Shown here: positions 10,901 through 18,721 of the stretch, piece after piece
Layout: each line of letters begins with the position of its first letter
Numbering within the stretch: the first letter of the stretch is position 1
Source of the DNA: a virus
IMG/VR virus record: IMGVR_UViG_3300032116_000031
Coordinates: 1-64,000 of that record
Reading direction: 5' to 3' (one strand)
Length of the DNA: 64,000 nucleotides
Program-made: the position numbers and the translations under genes
The notes under the pieces: model-generated
The model's input: the letters and a program-made list of their open reading frames with translations, nothing else
The model's database searches: none
What the model was told of the DNA's origin: nothing

Positions 10901-11938
10901 ACACCATCAAATAATTTTACTGGTACTGTTACTGCAAGTGTAAAAGTTATTTCACCAACTAGTCCTTTATTTGTAGTTAGAGCTAGCACAAATAATACTA
11001 TTTACCAGCAAATATTTAACACTAATGGTACTAACCTAATTCAGGGAACTGACGCTGGAAAATATACTACAACTGGAAGTGATAATTTATTTCAAGGGTC
11101 TAATAGTGGCATTTATAATACTGGTGGCTCCTTTAATGTATTTCAAGGAGGTGATTCAGGCTTCTTTAACACTAATGGTAATAATAACGTTTTTCAGGGT
11201 TATAGAGCTGGTTTTACTAATAGAACAGGTGGTGAAAATCTTTTTCAAGGAGCTGGAGCTGGTTATTCAAATACTATAGGTAATGCTAATACATTTGTAG
11301 GACGTAGTGCTGGTTACAGTAATACTACTGGTAATTGGAATGTTTTTCAAGGGGCTTATTCAGGTTTTTATAATACAAACGGTAGTTTAAATGTATCAAT
11401 AGGATATTTAGCTGGATATTACATAACAGCTGGTACTATAAATACCAAATTAGATAACTCAATTTTAATTGGTCACGATACAAGAGTACCTGCAACAGGT
11501 CAAACAAATCAAATTGTTATAGGTGATCAAGCTAGAGGTCTTGGTTCTAACACCACTGTTATAGGTAATACTGGTACCACTATTTCACTCATACATGGTA
11601 ATGTAAGTGCAGGTGAAACAAACCCTAAAAACAAACTGGAAACAAGTGGTTCTTTTGGTAGGGGGTCTTTGGTACAAGTAAGTACTTCTTCTTATACTGT
11701 AGGAGACAACGATACTTGGATTAGAGTAAGTACTGCAACTGGATCCGTTACTTTAACTTTACCAGATCCGACAGCTTGGATAAGAAGAGAAATTATGATT
11801 ATAAGAACAAGTGGTGCTACAGTTATATCTGCATCTAGTAATGTTGTAAAGTTCGCGGGTGCTGGTACAGCAATATTAGGTGGAGATGATTTACGTTGTA
11901 CTTTGGTTTCAGATGGAACAAATTGGTATTTTATGTAA
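7979..11938 (+). CDS. Tail-fibre/adhesin-like protein 3
   Basis: 1319 aa with an N-terminal ITYAKIQNVS..LLGR and GGTG segments, shared modules, a beta-roll repeat (~11030-11590) and a C-terminal VTLTLP...LVSDGTNWY domain. Confidence 0.75.
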   Translation: MPQNKIRTEDIVDSQITYAKIQNVSNNNLLLGRNTAGAGLIEELNAATAKAILALNNVENVALSTWTGSTNINTLGTITQGTWSGSTISIDKGGTGLNTLGTANQVLAVNSGGTALQYVTPLSGTGTAGQVTFWTGTNSQGGDNGLFWDNTNKRLGVGTNAPAHRLQILGPSARFENSSGTFEFDIVGGGTTSRIQTTATGMALGTLSNNALIFWMNASERMRINSSTGHVGINQTAPAARLHVVGSSTGTTAWTAQFHNSGGTSNSLMIRDDGNIGINTNTPNARLQVHGADTADTGWTAQFHNSLGNSNSLMIRNDGNVGIGTNAPAAKLEVDPIVNQTGILVAGYSLTGSSTIPAIDITGAWNTSGIATLIRGNLTNNVSAATSRLIDLQVSGTSQFRVLPNGTINGSELIGQLSGTIAVRSNLTNVAGNYVTIDNNSSNITTTTGIVSGVIIRSSYIPPSGTGVFVGLNLNHTINQSSGSGSTGITRGLLVNPALTSAFDWRSIEWTNNTGWGLYGSGTANNYLAGNLSVGTSGTTARLVVRGSGATSGSTAMLVENSGGTSMLMVREDGNVGIGTNAPTTRLDVSGTARVQGTTTITPAANTSAITSTGYSVTGSDTTRMIDLSGTWNTTGNVTAINLDITNTASGVNSNLINCSINGTTNIFSVRRTGEVAVQNLYSFHSSNGTLSATSTLTIQTAASQTGGIFLNKSASVTATSGDFPTITLNNISNSFAPTSGTATFTSIRAIPTINQTGGANGITRGIIVSPTLTSAFDWRSIEWTNSSGWGLYGEGTANNYLGGNLSVGTTGSTARLVVVGSQPSGTTTWTAQFHNALGNSNSLMIRDDGNVGIGTSTPTSRLDVVGTVEFQNPSAAFDTPSFGSELLTTGAGTNWTGTSFASGYTHTTGSTAALTSAFTPLNGQIYRVVVTTTNLIFGQSVTVTFGGVLDQTITSNTTITFDSRTINTSALVITPSNNFTGTVTASVKVISPTSPLFVVRASTNNTIYQQIFNTNGTNLIQGTDAGKYTTTGSDNLFQGSNSGIYNTGGSFNVFQGGDSGFFNTNGNNNVFQGYRAGFTNRTGGENLFQGAGAGYSNTIGNANTFVGRSAGYSNTTGNWNVFQGAYSGFYNTNGSLNVSIGYLAGYYITAGTINTKLDNSILIGHDTRVPATGQTNQIVIGDQARGLGSNTTVIGNTGTTISLIHGNVSAGETNPKNKLETSGSFGRGSLVQVSTSSYTVGDNDTWIRVSTATGSVTLTLPDPTAWIRREIMIIRTSGATVISASSNVVKFAGAGTAILGGDDLRCTLVSDGTNWYFM

Positions 11939-11952
11939 TAATTTTCATAACA

Positions 11953-11982
11953 AAAACGGCACATCAATTGATGTGCCGTTTT
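11953..11982. terminator. Bidirectional intrinsic terminator (perfect 30-bp palindrome)
   Basis: AAAACGGCACATCAA|TTGATGTGCCGTTTT between the convergent genes ending at 11938 and 11991. Confidence 0.85.
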
Positions 11983-11990
11983 CTTATTTA

Positions 11991-12236
11991 CTATTTCTGA
12001 CTAACAAAAAGCATTTTGATTGGTCTGATATAATTATCGACGAAATAGTTCCCTAAATCTCCGATTTTTTCTATTGTCGTTTTATGATATTTATCTTTTC
12101 TTTTCTCATAAACGATTTCAGCCGATCGAAGCTCTGCTTCATTAACTGGTGTTTCAATTGTTTTCTTTCGTGATCTTGTTGTTTTTGTTTCGGATGGCAT
12201 TGTTTCCAAGCCTTTTTTCAATTCATTTTTTTTCAT
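11991..12236 (-). CDS. Hypothetical basic protein
   Basis: 81-aa ORF with an upstream TAnnTTTG element and a downstream terminator. Confidence 0.6.
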   Translation of the reverse strand: MKKNELKKGLETMPSETKTTRSRKKTIETPVNEAELRSAEIVYEKRKDKYHKTTIEKIGDLGNYFVDNYIRPIKMLFVSQK

Positions 12237-12258
12237 AGATAAAATAATTTTTATAACG

Positions 12259-12266
12259 CAAAGATA
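12259..12266 (-). promoter_or_regulatory. Bacteroidota-type -7 promoter element TATCTTTG
   Basis: Matches the TAnnTTTG consensus of the Bacteroidota primary sigma factor, ~22 bp upstream of the ATG. Confidence 0.6.
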
Positions 12267-12289
12267 AAGTCAAAAATTGAAATATGCAA

Positions 12290-12826
12290 CTATTGGAAGT
12301 AATTATTTTCAAAATAAAGTAGTTGATACTTGTCGGTAAAGTCAATTAATCTTAGAACGCTTAGCAAATCGGCGTATTCTTTAACGCTATCGTTTTGGAT
12401 TTCTCTATATTTTTGTAAGAAATCAAATGTGGCTACATCTTTCAAAAGGATATTTTTAGATGTTTCATTGTACGCTACGAACAAATTATATTCCAAGTTA
12501 TAGGCATAATTGATAATGTCAATCAAATTATCCAATTCGTAGCTTGTTTTAACCGTTGGGATAGTCGGTACAACATTCCATTGAACGAGATAATCCATAA
12601 TACCCTGTGCATGAGCTAACTCTGAACTACTTTCATTTTGGAAAAATGCACCTGCTTTCATAAATCCCTGCTCATTACACCAATTGGCTGCATTAAGATA
12701 GAAATAATGTGCGGTGAATTCGTCTGCGATTCTTTTTGTAAGCAATTCTACAATGGCTGAATCTAATACTTTTGGAGTAATCGGCTCCATATTATACTCC
12801 GTTGGTTTATTGTCTTCTACTTTCAT
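12290..12826 (-). CDS. ftnA: Non-haem ferritin
   Basis: I.DEF.AHYFYL.AANWC...G...AGAFF..ES..E..HA..IMDYL and ..DVATFDFLQ.Y...Q motifs match the ferritin four-helix-bundle pattern. Confidence 0.85.
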   Translation of the reverse strand: MKVEDNKPTEYNMEPITPKVLDSAIVELLTKRIADEFTAHYFYLNAANWCNEQGFMKAGAFFQNESSSELAHAQGIMDYLVQWNVVPTIPTVKTSYELDNLIDIINYAYNLEYNLFVAYNETSKNILLKDVATFDFLQKYREIQNDSVKEYADLLSVLRLIDFTDKYQLLYFENNYFQ

Positions 12827-12827
12827 A

Positions 12828-13097
12828 TTATTTTTGTTTGTTTATTTCATTATAAATATTATTAATGGTGGATTTAAGGATAGTTAATTCATCTTCAAAG
12901 GATCTTTGGAGGTCTATGTTATTCCTCTCAATATCCCTGAAAGCTTCATTAATTAATTCATTGAGGTTGTTTATTCGATTTTCATGTAATTCCACTTGTC
13001 TACGCACTTGATACAAGGTGTAAAACAAATAGATAAAAGAGGTTAATAATAGGATGCTTAGAGATCCCAATGTAAATGATAAAATATTGATTTCCAT
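12828..13097 (-). CDS. Membrane-anchored coiled-coil hypothetical protein
   Basis: N-terminal hydrophobic helix followed by a coiled coil; tightly packed in the operon. Confidence 0.6.
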   Translation of the reverse strand: MEINILSFTLGSLSILLLTSFIYLFYTLYQVRRQVELHENRINNLNELINEAFRDIERNNIDLQRSFEDELTILKSTINNIYNEINKQK

Positions 13098-13098
13098 A

Positions 13099-13467
13099 TT
13101 ATGTAAGGTTATTTAATTCTTTTAATTTTTCATTTATAACTTCCATCTGTATTGATGTTAATAAAATGTCTTTATTGGGGGAGAAGTACCAGAAATTAAA
13201 GTCATTAATATTTCGTTTAATAAATGAGCCCAAATTACTTATTTCATGTTCTTTTATTTCATATTTATCTTCTTCTATTTTATTAAAAGCTATTTGATGG
13301 TTTATTATTTTACTTTTTGTTTTTTCAGCTTCTTTTAAGGAATGGAACAGTATTGCGAGGAAAACAATAATGTATAGGATGAAAAATTTATTGAAGTAAA
13401 ATAAAGATATTAATATGAATATAAAGTTCAATAAAAGTAAGGAATTTTTTAGTAGTTTGTTTGGCAT
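13099..13467 (-). CDS. Hypothetical membrane protein
   Basis: Two N-terminal hydrophobic segments. Confidence 0.6.
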   Translation of the reverse strand: MPNKLLKNSLLLLNFIFILISLFYFNKFFILYIIVFLAILFHSLKEAEKTKSKIINHQIAFNKIEEDKYEIKEHEISNLGSFIKRNINDFNFWYFSPNKDILLTSIQMEVINEKLKELNNLT

Positions 13468-13479
13468 TGGACGGCGAAA

Positions 13480-13710
13480 TTATTTACCGAAAAAAAATGT
13501 TCTGAAATTTATTGCCCATGTCTTACACATACCTAAACAATCCCTCACAGTCTTCCTCTGGTTGAATATCTCTATGAAGAAATATAGTAGCAATCCCAAT
13601 AGTAAGACAGAAATAAAATATGTCAGATAAGGCAATAATTGGAAATATAAGTAAACGATTCCAATAGTTAAGATAATAACTAATAAATTTTTAAATGTTT
13701 CGTTAAGCAT
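13480..13710 (-). CDS. Small membrane protein
   Basis: Two hydrophobic helices; overlaps the end of the upstream gene. Confidence 0.55.
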   Translation of the reverse strand: MLNETFKNLLVIILTIGIVYLYFQLLPYLTYFISVLLLGLLLYFFIEIFNQRKTVRDCLGMCKTWAINFRTFFFGK

Positions 13711-14518
13711 GTTTAATTTTGTTTATAAATTCTTTAAAATTGTTTACTCTGTAATGCCCAACATCATATTTAATGTTGTGATTTCTGGTCATTAAATAAC
13801 AGGTGATTCCGTTGCTTTGACAATCAATGAAATTATAAATCGAATCGTCAACAAAAATATCACACTTACCTTTTAACACTTCAGATTTTTTTCCTCCGTC
13901 TACATTAATCATTTCACCTTTGGGAAAACCGCTTCTTTCTAACCACATTTCAATTACTTCGTCGCTACAAGGTCTTGATGTGACATAACCCATAATAGGG
14001 TATGTTATTTCTTCAGGGTCTATTATTGTAGGCAAGGACAACCAAAAGTCGTCGTCATTTTTAATCTTATGAAAATTATTCCTAAAACGATAATCATTCC
14101 AATCCGTCGGGGGTTCACTATCTAATTTCAAATAGCTTAAAAAGTGTCGCTCGAAATCGGCTAATACCCCATCAATATCGCAATAGACTCGTTTGAAACC
14201 TTTTTTATACCAAGCTCTTCTATCATCACCTTGTGGGTAAATATGATAAAATGCGCTTAAAAAATGTGCGTTAGCTTGAACATGGTCCATGTGTAACAAG
14301 CCTGATTCTGGATCATAATCTTCTCCTGCTTCAAAGGCGTTTAAATGCCGTTTTAAAGACGCTAAAACAGAAACCCAAGAAAATCCTTTTTCCCAATTTC
14401 GGGGTTCATATTTTTCAGCGCCCATCGTTAAAACAGTCACTAAACCTTCATAGGCTTTTGGGTGTACTAAATCTGATCGTAGTTTGCCATTGTTGTATCT
14501 TATTGCTTTGTGATCCAT
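13703..14518 (-). CDS. dATP/dGTP diphosphohydrolase (DUF5664-like) fused to HAD 5'(3')-deoxyribonucleotidase-like domain
   Basis: N-terminal A.RYN.GKLR.DL...VLT.GAEKY..RNWEKG...SL.RH...GEDYDPESGL.H..H. C-terminal HAD motifs DIDGVLADF, TSR and DIFVDDS. Confidence 0.8.
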   Translation of the reverse strand: MDHKAIRYNNGKLRSDLVHPKAYEGLVTVLTMGAEKYEPRNWEKGFSWVSVLASLKRHLNAFEAGEDYDPESGLLHMDHVQANAHFLSAFYHIYPQGDDRRAWYKKGFKRVYCDIDGVLADFERHFLSYLKLDSEPPTDWNDYRFRNNFHKIKNDDDFWLSLPTIIDPEEITYPIMGYVTSRPCSDEVIEMWLERSGFPKGEMINVDGGKKSEVLKGKCDIFVDDSIYNFIDCQSNGITCYLMTRNHNIKYDVGHYRVNNFKEFINKIKHA

Positions 14519-14519
14519 A

Positions 14520-15449
14520 TTACCAATTAATTTTATTTCTTATTTCTATTAACAATTTATGTGTAAATTCTTCATCGACTTGATCTGGGATATTAAGCCT
14601 ATCTATTTCGCCGTCCAACCTCTTAATCCTCTTCTCCAATTCATTAATCAATTCAATATGATCCACGTTACCGTTTCTAATATCAATCAATTCTTTTCTA
14701 TTATCCCTGTAAACTTTCATCGAACCAGTATTAATTAATTCCTCCAATGAATCCAAAATCCTTTTAGCGTGCATTAAACTTTTGCCGTCCACCAACAAAC
14801 CATTATCGTCAACAACATTCCTGACCCCTTGAAAAAACAAATAACCAACAGGCGTTTCTCCTTTGGGGATATAAGAAGAATAAATTCCACCTATATCTGA
14901 AATAATCCCCTTATATAGTTTTGTTTTCTTATAATATAATGGAAAACTGCTTTTATTCTCATAATCCTTACAGAAAAGACCTAAATTGTTAATATCATAA
15001 CCATTCAATTTTAAGAAATCATTTAGAGGCATTTCTTTACCATCAAGGGTTATAACAAAGGCCAAATCAAACATATTCTTAATCTTTGACTTCTTAATGT
15101 TTTGAACCGCCATTCCAATAAAGGCATTCTTTATTTTTTTGGTAATAAAGATATTTCTGTTCTCAATTAACAAATTGAAAACAGGGTCCTTGTGTAAAAT
15201 AAATCTATCATCAGTGAAAAGCATCTCTAATAGAGATGGATTACCGCTTTTAAGCAATTGAATAAATCGCCTAATTTCATAACCAACATAATCCTTATTG
15301 ACATTTATTTGCTCAACATATTTAAACCCAAGTATGCTTTCTGGGTGTTGAATGTATACAAATTTTTTGTCAACATCAGAAGTGATAATGTCAGTGTTGT
15401 AGCTAACGCTACCAGTAATTGATTCGAATAATATTTTTTTATCTTCCAT
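14520..15449 (-). CDS. Pol-beta-family nucleotidyltransferase (RlaP/NrdC.11-like)
   Basis: GS.SY.....SDVD catalytic motif, YEIRRF..LL..GNP..LE.L and K.LMHA.R.L...IRNG. Confidence 0.75.
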   Translation of the reverse strand: MEDKKILFESITGSVSYNTDIITSDVDKKFVYIQHPESILGFKYVEQINVNKDYVGYEIRRFIQLLKSGNPSLLEMLFTDDRFILHKDPVFNLLIENRNIFITKKIKNAFIGMAVQNIKKSKIKNMFDLAFVITLDGKEMPLNDFLKLNGYDINNLGLFCKDYENKSSFPLYYKKTKLYKGIISDIGGIYSSYIPKGETPVGYLFFQGVRNVVDDNGLLVDGKSLMHAKRILDSLEELINTGSMKVYRDNRKELIDIRNGNVDHIELINELEKRIKRLDGEIDRLNIPDQVDEEFTHKLLIEIRNKINW

Positions 15450-15456
15450 AACAATG

Positions 15457-15464
15457 CAAAGATA
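15457..15464 (-). promoter_or_regulatory. Bacteroidota-type -7 promoter element TATCTTTG
   Basis: TAnnTTTG just upstream of the nucleotidyltransferase ATG. Confidence 0.55.
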
Positions 15465-15507
15465 AGGCTAATCGAATCAATTATCCAAGTTTTTCTTAAA
15501 CTTTTTT

Positions 15508-16299
15508 TTAATAATCCAATAAAGAGGATTTTAACATTGTTTTGCCAAATAAATTCTCGCGGTGCATGCGGGAAAATAAATCCTTTAACCATGATTTTAC
15601 TTCTTTTTCACCATGTTCGGATTTAAGTCTTTGAAATATGGTATTTAAAGAAGTGTACTTATTAAACAAATCAGATAAGGTCATTTGGTCCCAAATATCT
15701 TCGTGATCCTTTTTTAATGATTTTATGGCATGGATTTGAGCATTAACCTCATAAAAAGCCATATTAACATCTTTCTTATATCTATTTTTATATTTAGGGT
15801 TATCGCTATCTACTGTTTTTTTAACAGGTTTATATATGCTTTGTTTGTTCAAGCTATCATCTAACCAATGCGTTAATTCATGGTAGATGGAGGCTTTTAA
15901 TCTAAACGGTGTTATTTCATTAAAGATTGTTTTTTCTTGACTGGGTGATAAATCTCCAAATTCGCCGTCTATTAAATATTCTAGTGCGTTTAAATTGGGT
16001 GATATTTGAATTATTTTATCAGAGGGATTATAAAAGTTTCCTTTAAAATCCATTTTACCATATATAATTATTGGATTTATTTCATCTGCTTTTTGTGCTA
16101 ATTCAGATGGTAAATATTTACTAAGGATAGATTTAACTTTAAAATTATGATAAGCTGCTTCTTTTAATTCTGGGTCATCAGTTGAATTGAAATCCTCCAT
16201 GAATTTATCGAAACCTAATTTTTTATAGATGAAGTCTACATCATCAAAAATTTCATAAGTTGCTTCTGCTAAGATTTTTTTCATATTATAATAAATCAC
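15508..16299 (-). CDS. Putative zincin-like metallopeptidase (likely start 16284)
   Basis: HELTH (HExxH) followed by the downstream E-x-x-A motif YEVNAQ. Confidence 0.55.
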   Translation of the reverse strand: MIYYNMKKILAEATYEIFDDVDFIYKKLGFDKFMEDFNSTDDPELKEAAYHNFKVKSILSKYLPSELAQKADEINPIIIYGKMDFKGNFYNPSDKIIQISPNLNALEYLIDGEFGDLSPSQEKTIFNEITPFRLKASIYHELTHWLDDSLNKQSIYKPVKKTVDSDNPKYKNRYKKDVNMAFYEVNAQIHAIKSLKKDHEDIWDQMTLSDLFNKYTSLNTIFQRLKSEHGEKEVKSWLKDLFSRMHRENLFGKTMLKSSLLDY

Positions 16300-17155
16300 T
16301 TACAGGCTTTGTGCTCCAGAATTTGCAGCTCCAATAGCTTGCTGTTGTTTTATCTTTTCTTGTATCGCATTTGTGTCTTGCTCTGAAATTCTTTCTTCTT
16401 TTTGGATCATCTCTTTTAATTTCCATATTCTTATCCCCAAAATTAACCTTTATAATTTTGCCCGTTTTTGGGTTTTTAACGTAGACCTTATATTTCTTTA
16501 CATCGCCTTTTATGGGTTTGTTTAAAGACACCTTTCTTCCCTTATATTCTGCTTCTGTGAGGACTTCTCCTTGTTCTTGCATACTATTACAGTACTCTAT
16601 TAGATTCTCTATTACAGAGCGTTTTGAGAGGGTTATTTCGTTGGACGGCGAAAAATGCTTTGATTCAGCAATTCCTCCCTTGTCTATTGTCGCAAATTTC
16701 TCTAACCTTGGAAATGCAGGGTCATCTGTAACCTCCTTCTTCCTTTTTTCCCTCATAGCATCCCATGTTTGGGGTTTCATTAACATGTGGTTCTTTACCA
16801 AATATTTTACCTCGTCTGCATCAGCATCTTCAAATGAATTAATCCAATCAGCGTAATCCTCCACTATTTTTGCAGATACTTTTTCGTGACCGTGAGCAGT
16901 AGGTAATCCTGTTTTAGGGCTGATTTCATAAGTATCCATCTTTCCTAAATCGTGGAATAATGCTGCTAAAATTACATTAGGCTCGTCACTGAAATTCTTA
17001 TATGCTCTTCTTAAAACATAAATGATGTGTTTTAAGGTATTTCCCTCTGGATGAAAATTCGGATTTTGTTTTGCGTCCCACTGCTTGAATAACAATTCCT
17101 TTAAGTCGGCTGGCATTGATTTTATCAAATCTTGATAATTATCTGGTAATTTCAT
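16286..17155 (-). CDS. HD-domain phosphohydrolase fused to basic phage domain (DUF6321/DUF5754-like)
   Basis: HPEGNTLKH and AALFHDLGK...AHGHE..SA (HD domain as in CCA-adding enzymes/PNK). C-terminal KKYKVYV...KVNFGD...DPKRRKNFRARH.C...ASYWSC.FW. Confidence 0.7.
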   Translation of the reverse strand: MKLPDNYQDLIKSMPADLKELLFKQWDAKQNPNFHPEGNTLKHIIYVLRRAYKNFSDEPNVILAALFHDLGKMDTYEISPKTGLPTAHGHEKVSAKIVEDYADWINSFEDADADEVKYLVKNHMLMKPQTWDAMREKRKKEVTDDPAFPRLEKFATIDKGGIAESKHFSPSNEITLSKRSVIENLIEYCNSMQEQGEVLTEAEYKGRKVSLNKPIKGDVKKYKVYVKNPKTGKIIKVNFGDKNMEIKRDDPKRRKNFRARHKCDTRKDKTTASYWSCKFWSTKPVSDLL

Positions 17156-17173
17156 ATTAAAAATGAATTTTAA

Positions 17174-17181
17174 TATAAATA
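17174..17181 (-). promoter_or_regulatory. Putative phage late promoter element TATTTATA
   Basis: TATTTATA on the coding strand, 18 bp upstream of the ATG at 17155. Confidence 0.5.
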
Positions 17182-17188
17182 TCTGTTA

Positions 17189-17530
17189 TTATAATAGTGG
17201 GATATTTTTATTTTTCACTATTAACTGCTCAAAATTTAATTGTTCTTTACCATATTTGTTCGCATAAACCGATTTAATAATCTTTACATTTTTACCATTC
17301 AGATTTAATTTTTTGAAATCGCTATACTCCATATTAGCTGTTAAATCATATTCCTTATTGGTCTTCAGATTTTTAACTGTCACTTTTGCAAGTGCGTTCT
17401 CATTTTTTGTAATGTTTACGATTTGATAGGTTGTTTCTTCCTTTTTTTGAAAACGCATATCTAAGTTATTCCATTCAGAAAGAAACATATAAGTGAAGCA
17501 AAATAATAAAATTAAATTGAAAGTTTTCAT
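17189..17530 (-). CDS. Hypothetical exported protein
   Basis: Signal-peptide-like N-terminus. Confidence 0.55.
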   Translation of the reverse strand: MKTFNLILLFCFTYMFLSEWNNLDMRFQKKEETTYQIVNITKNENALAKVTVKNLKTNKEYDLTANMEYSDFKKLNLNGKNVKIIKSVYANKYGKEQLNFEQLIVKNKNIPLL

Positions 17531-17532
17531 AA

Positions 17533-18063
17533 TTAAGACAAGATGTTTATTTTATTAGCAAATATTTTTTTCAATTCTCTGAATATTAATGGGTAATCTT
17601 TTTTTTGGAGTTCTTTGGATTCGTATAAAGGAATATAAATGGTTGCATCACTATAATTATTCTTCTCAAGATATAATTTCAATTCGTCGAAAGCCAAGAG
17701 CAGTAACAATTCGCTTATTTCGCCGTCCACCACACAACCCAAACTAATGCTACGTAAACTATGATCAAAGTTAAGAGTTTTTAATAACTTATCAGGTTGG
17801 TATTTTTCTTCAGAAAAATACAATAAAATTGATTTTGTTTTGTGCCTAGGAGAAATATCTTTTTCAAAATTTAAAGTGAATAATCCCTTATAAAAATATA
17901 AGTTATCTTCCGTATAATAATAGTTAGACGGACCTAAAATAACAACTTTAATATTGTTTATTTTTTTCTCAAAAGGGCGATAATCGAAGGAATTCTGTAA
18001 AATAAACAGAATAAATAATAATACCATTAAACCAAATAAAACGTATTCTAACATAAAAGCCAC
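17533..18063 (-). CDS. Membrane-anchored hypothetical protein
   Basis: N-terminal TM helix; TATCTTTG element at 18074-18081. Confidence 0.6.
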   Translation of the reverse strand: MAFMLEYVLFGLMVLLFILFILQNSFDYRPFEKKINNIKVVILGPSNYYYTEDNLYFYKGLFTLNFEKDISPRHKTKSILLYFSEEKYQPDKLLKTLNFDHSLRSISLGCVVDGEISELLLLLAFDELKLYLEKNNYSDATIYIPLYESKELQKKDYPLIFRELKKIFANKINILS

Positions 18064-18114
18064 ATCTTTTGTGCAAAGATATGGCTTTTTTTGATTTACT
18101 GAAACCTTTTTTAA

Positions 18115-18531
18115 TTATTTTTTTAAGCAATTATAGAAAAAGAACACTGTATCTGAAATAGATAAAGAAATTGTTGTTTCGTTGTTTCTGTTATCTACCA
18201 GCAAATGAGTTTTATTTATTTCGCTTTTGCTTAAACTATCCGCTTTATATAGCACCTGACTAACGCCGTTATTATCGTAAGTCTGTTTATTGATAACTGT
18301 GAGTTCAATCTGGTGATAAGGTAATTGAAGATAAATTATGCTATCTGAAAGATATATTCTCGATGTGTCAAAGTGCTGAACGTCATCTCCATATTTCTTT
18401 AAAGATTGTGAGGAATAATATACATCACCTTTAAAATTTTCTAAATAGTTTGTTTCTGTTTGAGGGGTGGACGGCGAAAAGCAACCTCCTAATAAAATCA
18501 GGACCAATAAGCTTAGAATTTTCTTTACCAT
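18115..18531 (-). CDS. Putative lipoprotein
   Basis: MVKK + hydrophobic stretch + lipobox LGGC. Confidence 0.6.
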   Translation of the reverse strand: MVKKILSLLVLILLGGCFSPSTPQTETNYLENFKGDVYYSSQSLKKYGDDVQHFDTSRIYLSDSIIYLQLPYHQIELTVINKQTYDNNGVSQVLYKADSLSKSEINKTHLLVDNRNNETTISLSISDTVFFFYNCLKK

Positions 18532-18689
18532 TTTTTTTGTTGTCTTTAATTGTTATGTAAATTGCTCCCAGTAAAGCCCCAAACTGATCATTTATGCAAT
18601 TCTCGTAATAATATATAAGTGCGTCAGGGGTTAAAATACAAAGGATTTTTGATTTAATATTAGTTCGTTTCATTATATAATAAATAAAT

Positions 18690-18717
18690 ATGCGGGGGCC
18701 GACTAAAACCCCCGCAT
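18690..18717 (-). terminator. Intrinsic terminator
   Basis: ATGCGGGGG/CCCCCGCAT stem followed by ATTTATTT on the - strand, just after the stop at 18722. Confidence 0.75.
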
Positions 18718-18721
18718 CTGA

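Larger units (their letters stand above)
2..11600 (+). repeat. Interspersed near-identical DNA modules shared among the three fibre genes
   Basis: ~1352-1660 vs ~4393-4700 are nearly identical over ~300 bp, with partial copies at ~3075, ~5425 and ~7515. There are ten WTAQFHN modules (~407, 542, 2048, 3652, 3787, 4975, 6892, 8738, 8873, 10466), three WRSIEWTN modules (~7410, ~9490, ~10312) and two GSELLTTG.GTNWTGTSF modules (~5794, ~10628). Confidence 0.9.

Noticed and set aside
2-11938. Diversity-generating retroelement or shufflon acting on the fibres
   Set aside because: No reverse transcriptase or invertase in the window. Repeat differences are not visibly adenine-specific and the modules are in direct orientation.
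2-11938. Higher GC of the fibre region as evidence of a foreign island
   Set aside because: Explained by Gly/Ala/Thr-rich protein composition; the region shares the motif and the TATTTATA element with the rest.
139-11967. Numerous - strand ORFs (and two short + strand alternative-frame ORFs) overlapping the fibre genes
   Set aside because: Shadow ORFs caused by Gly/Thr/Ala codon bias and repeated modules.
18431-18673. 80-aa ORF overlapping the lipoprotein gene
   Set aside because: It overlaps the better-supported lipoprotein by 100 bp and has no recognisable features. It is possible but unsupported.
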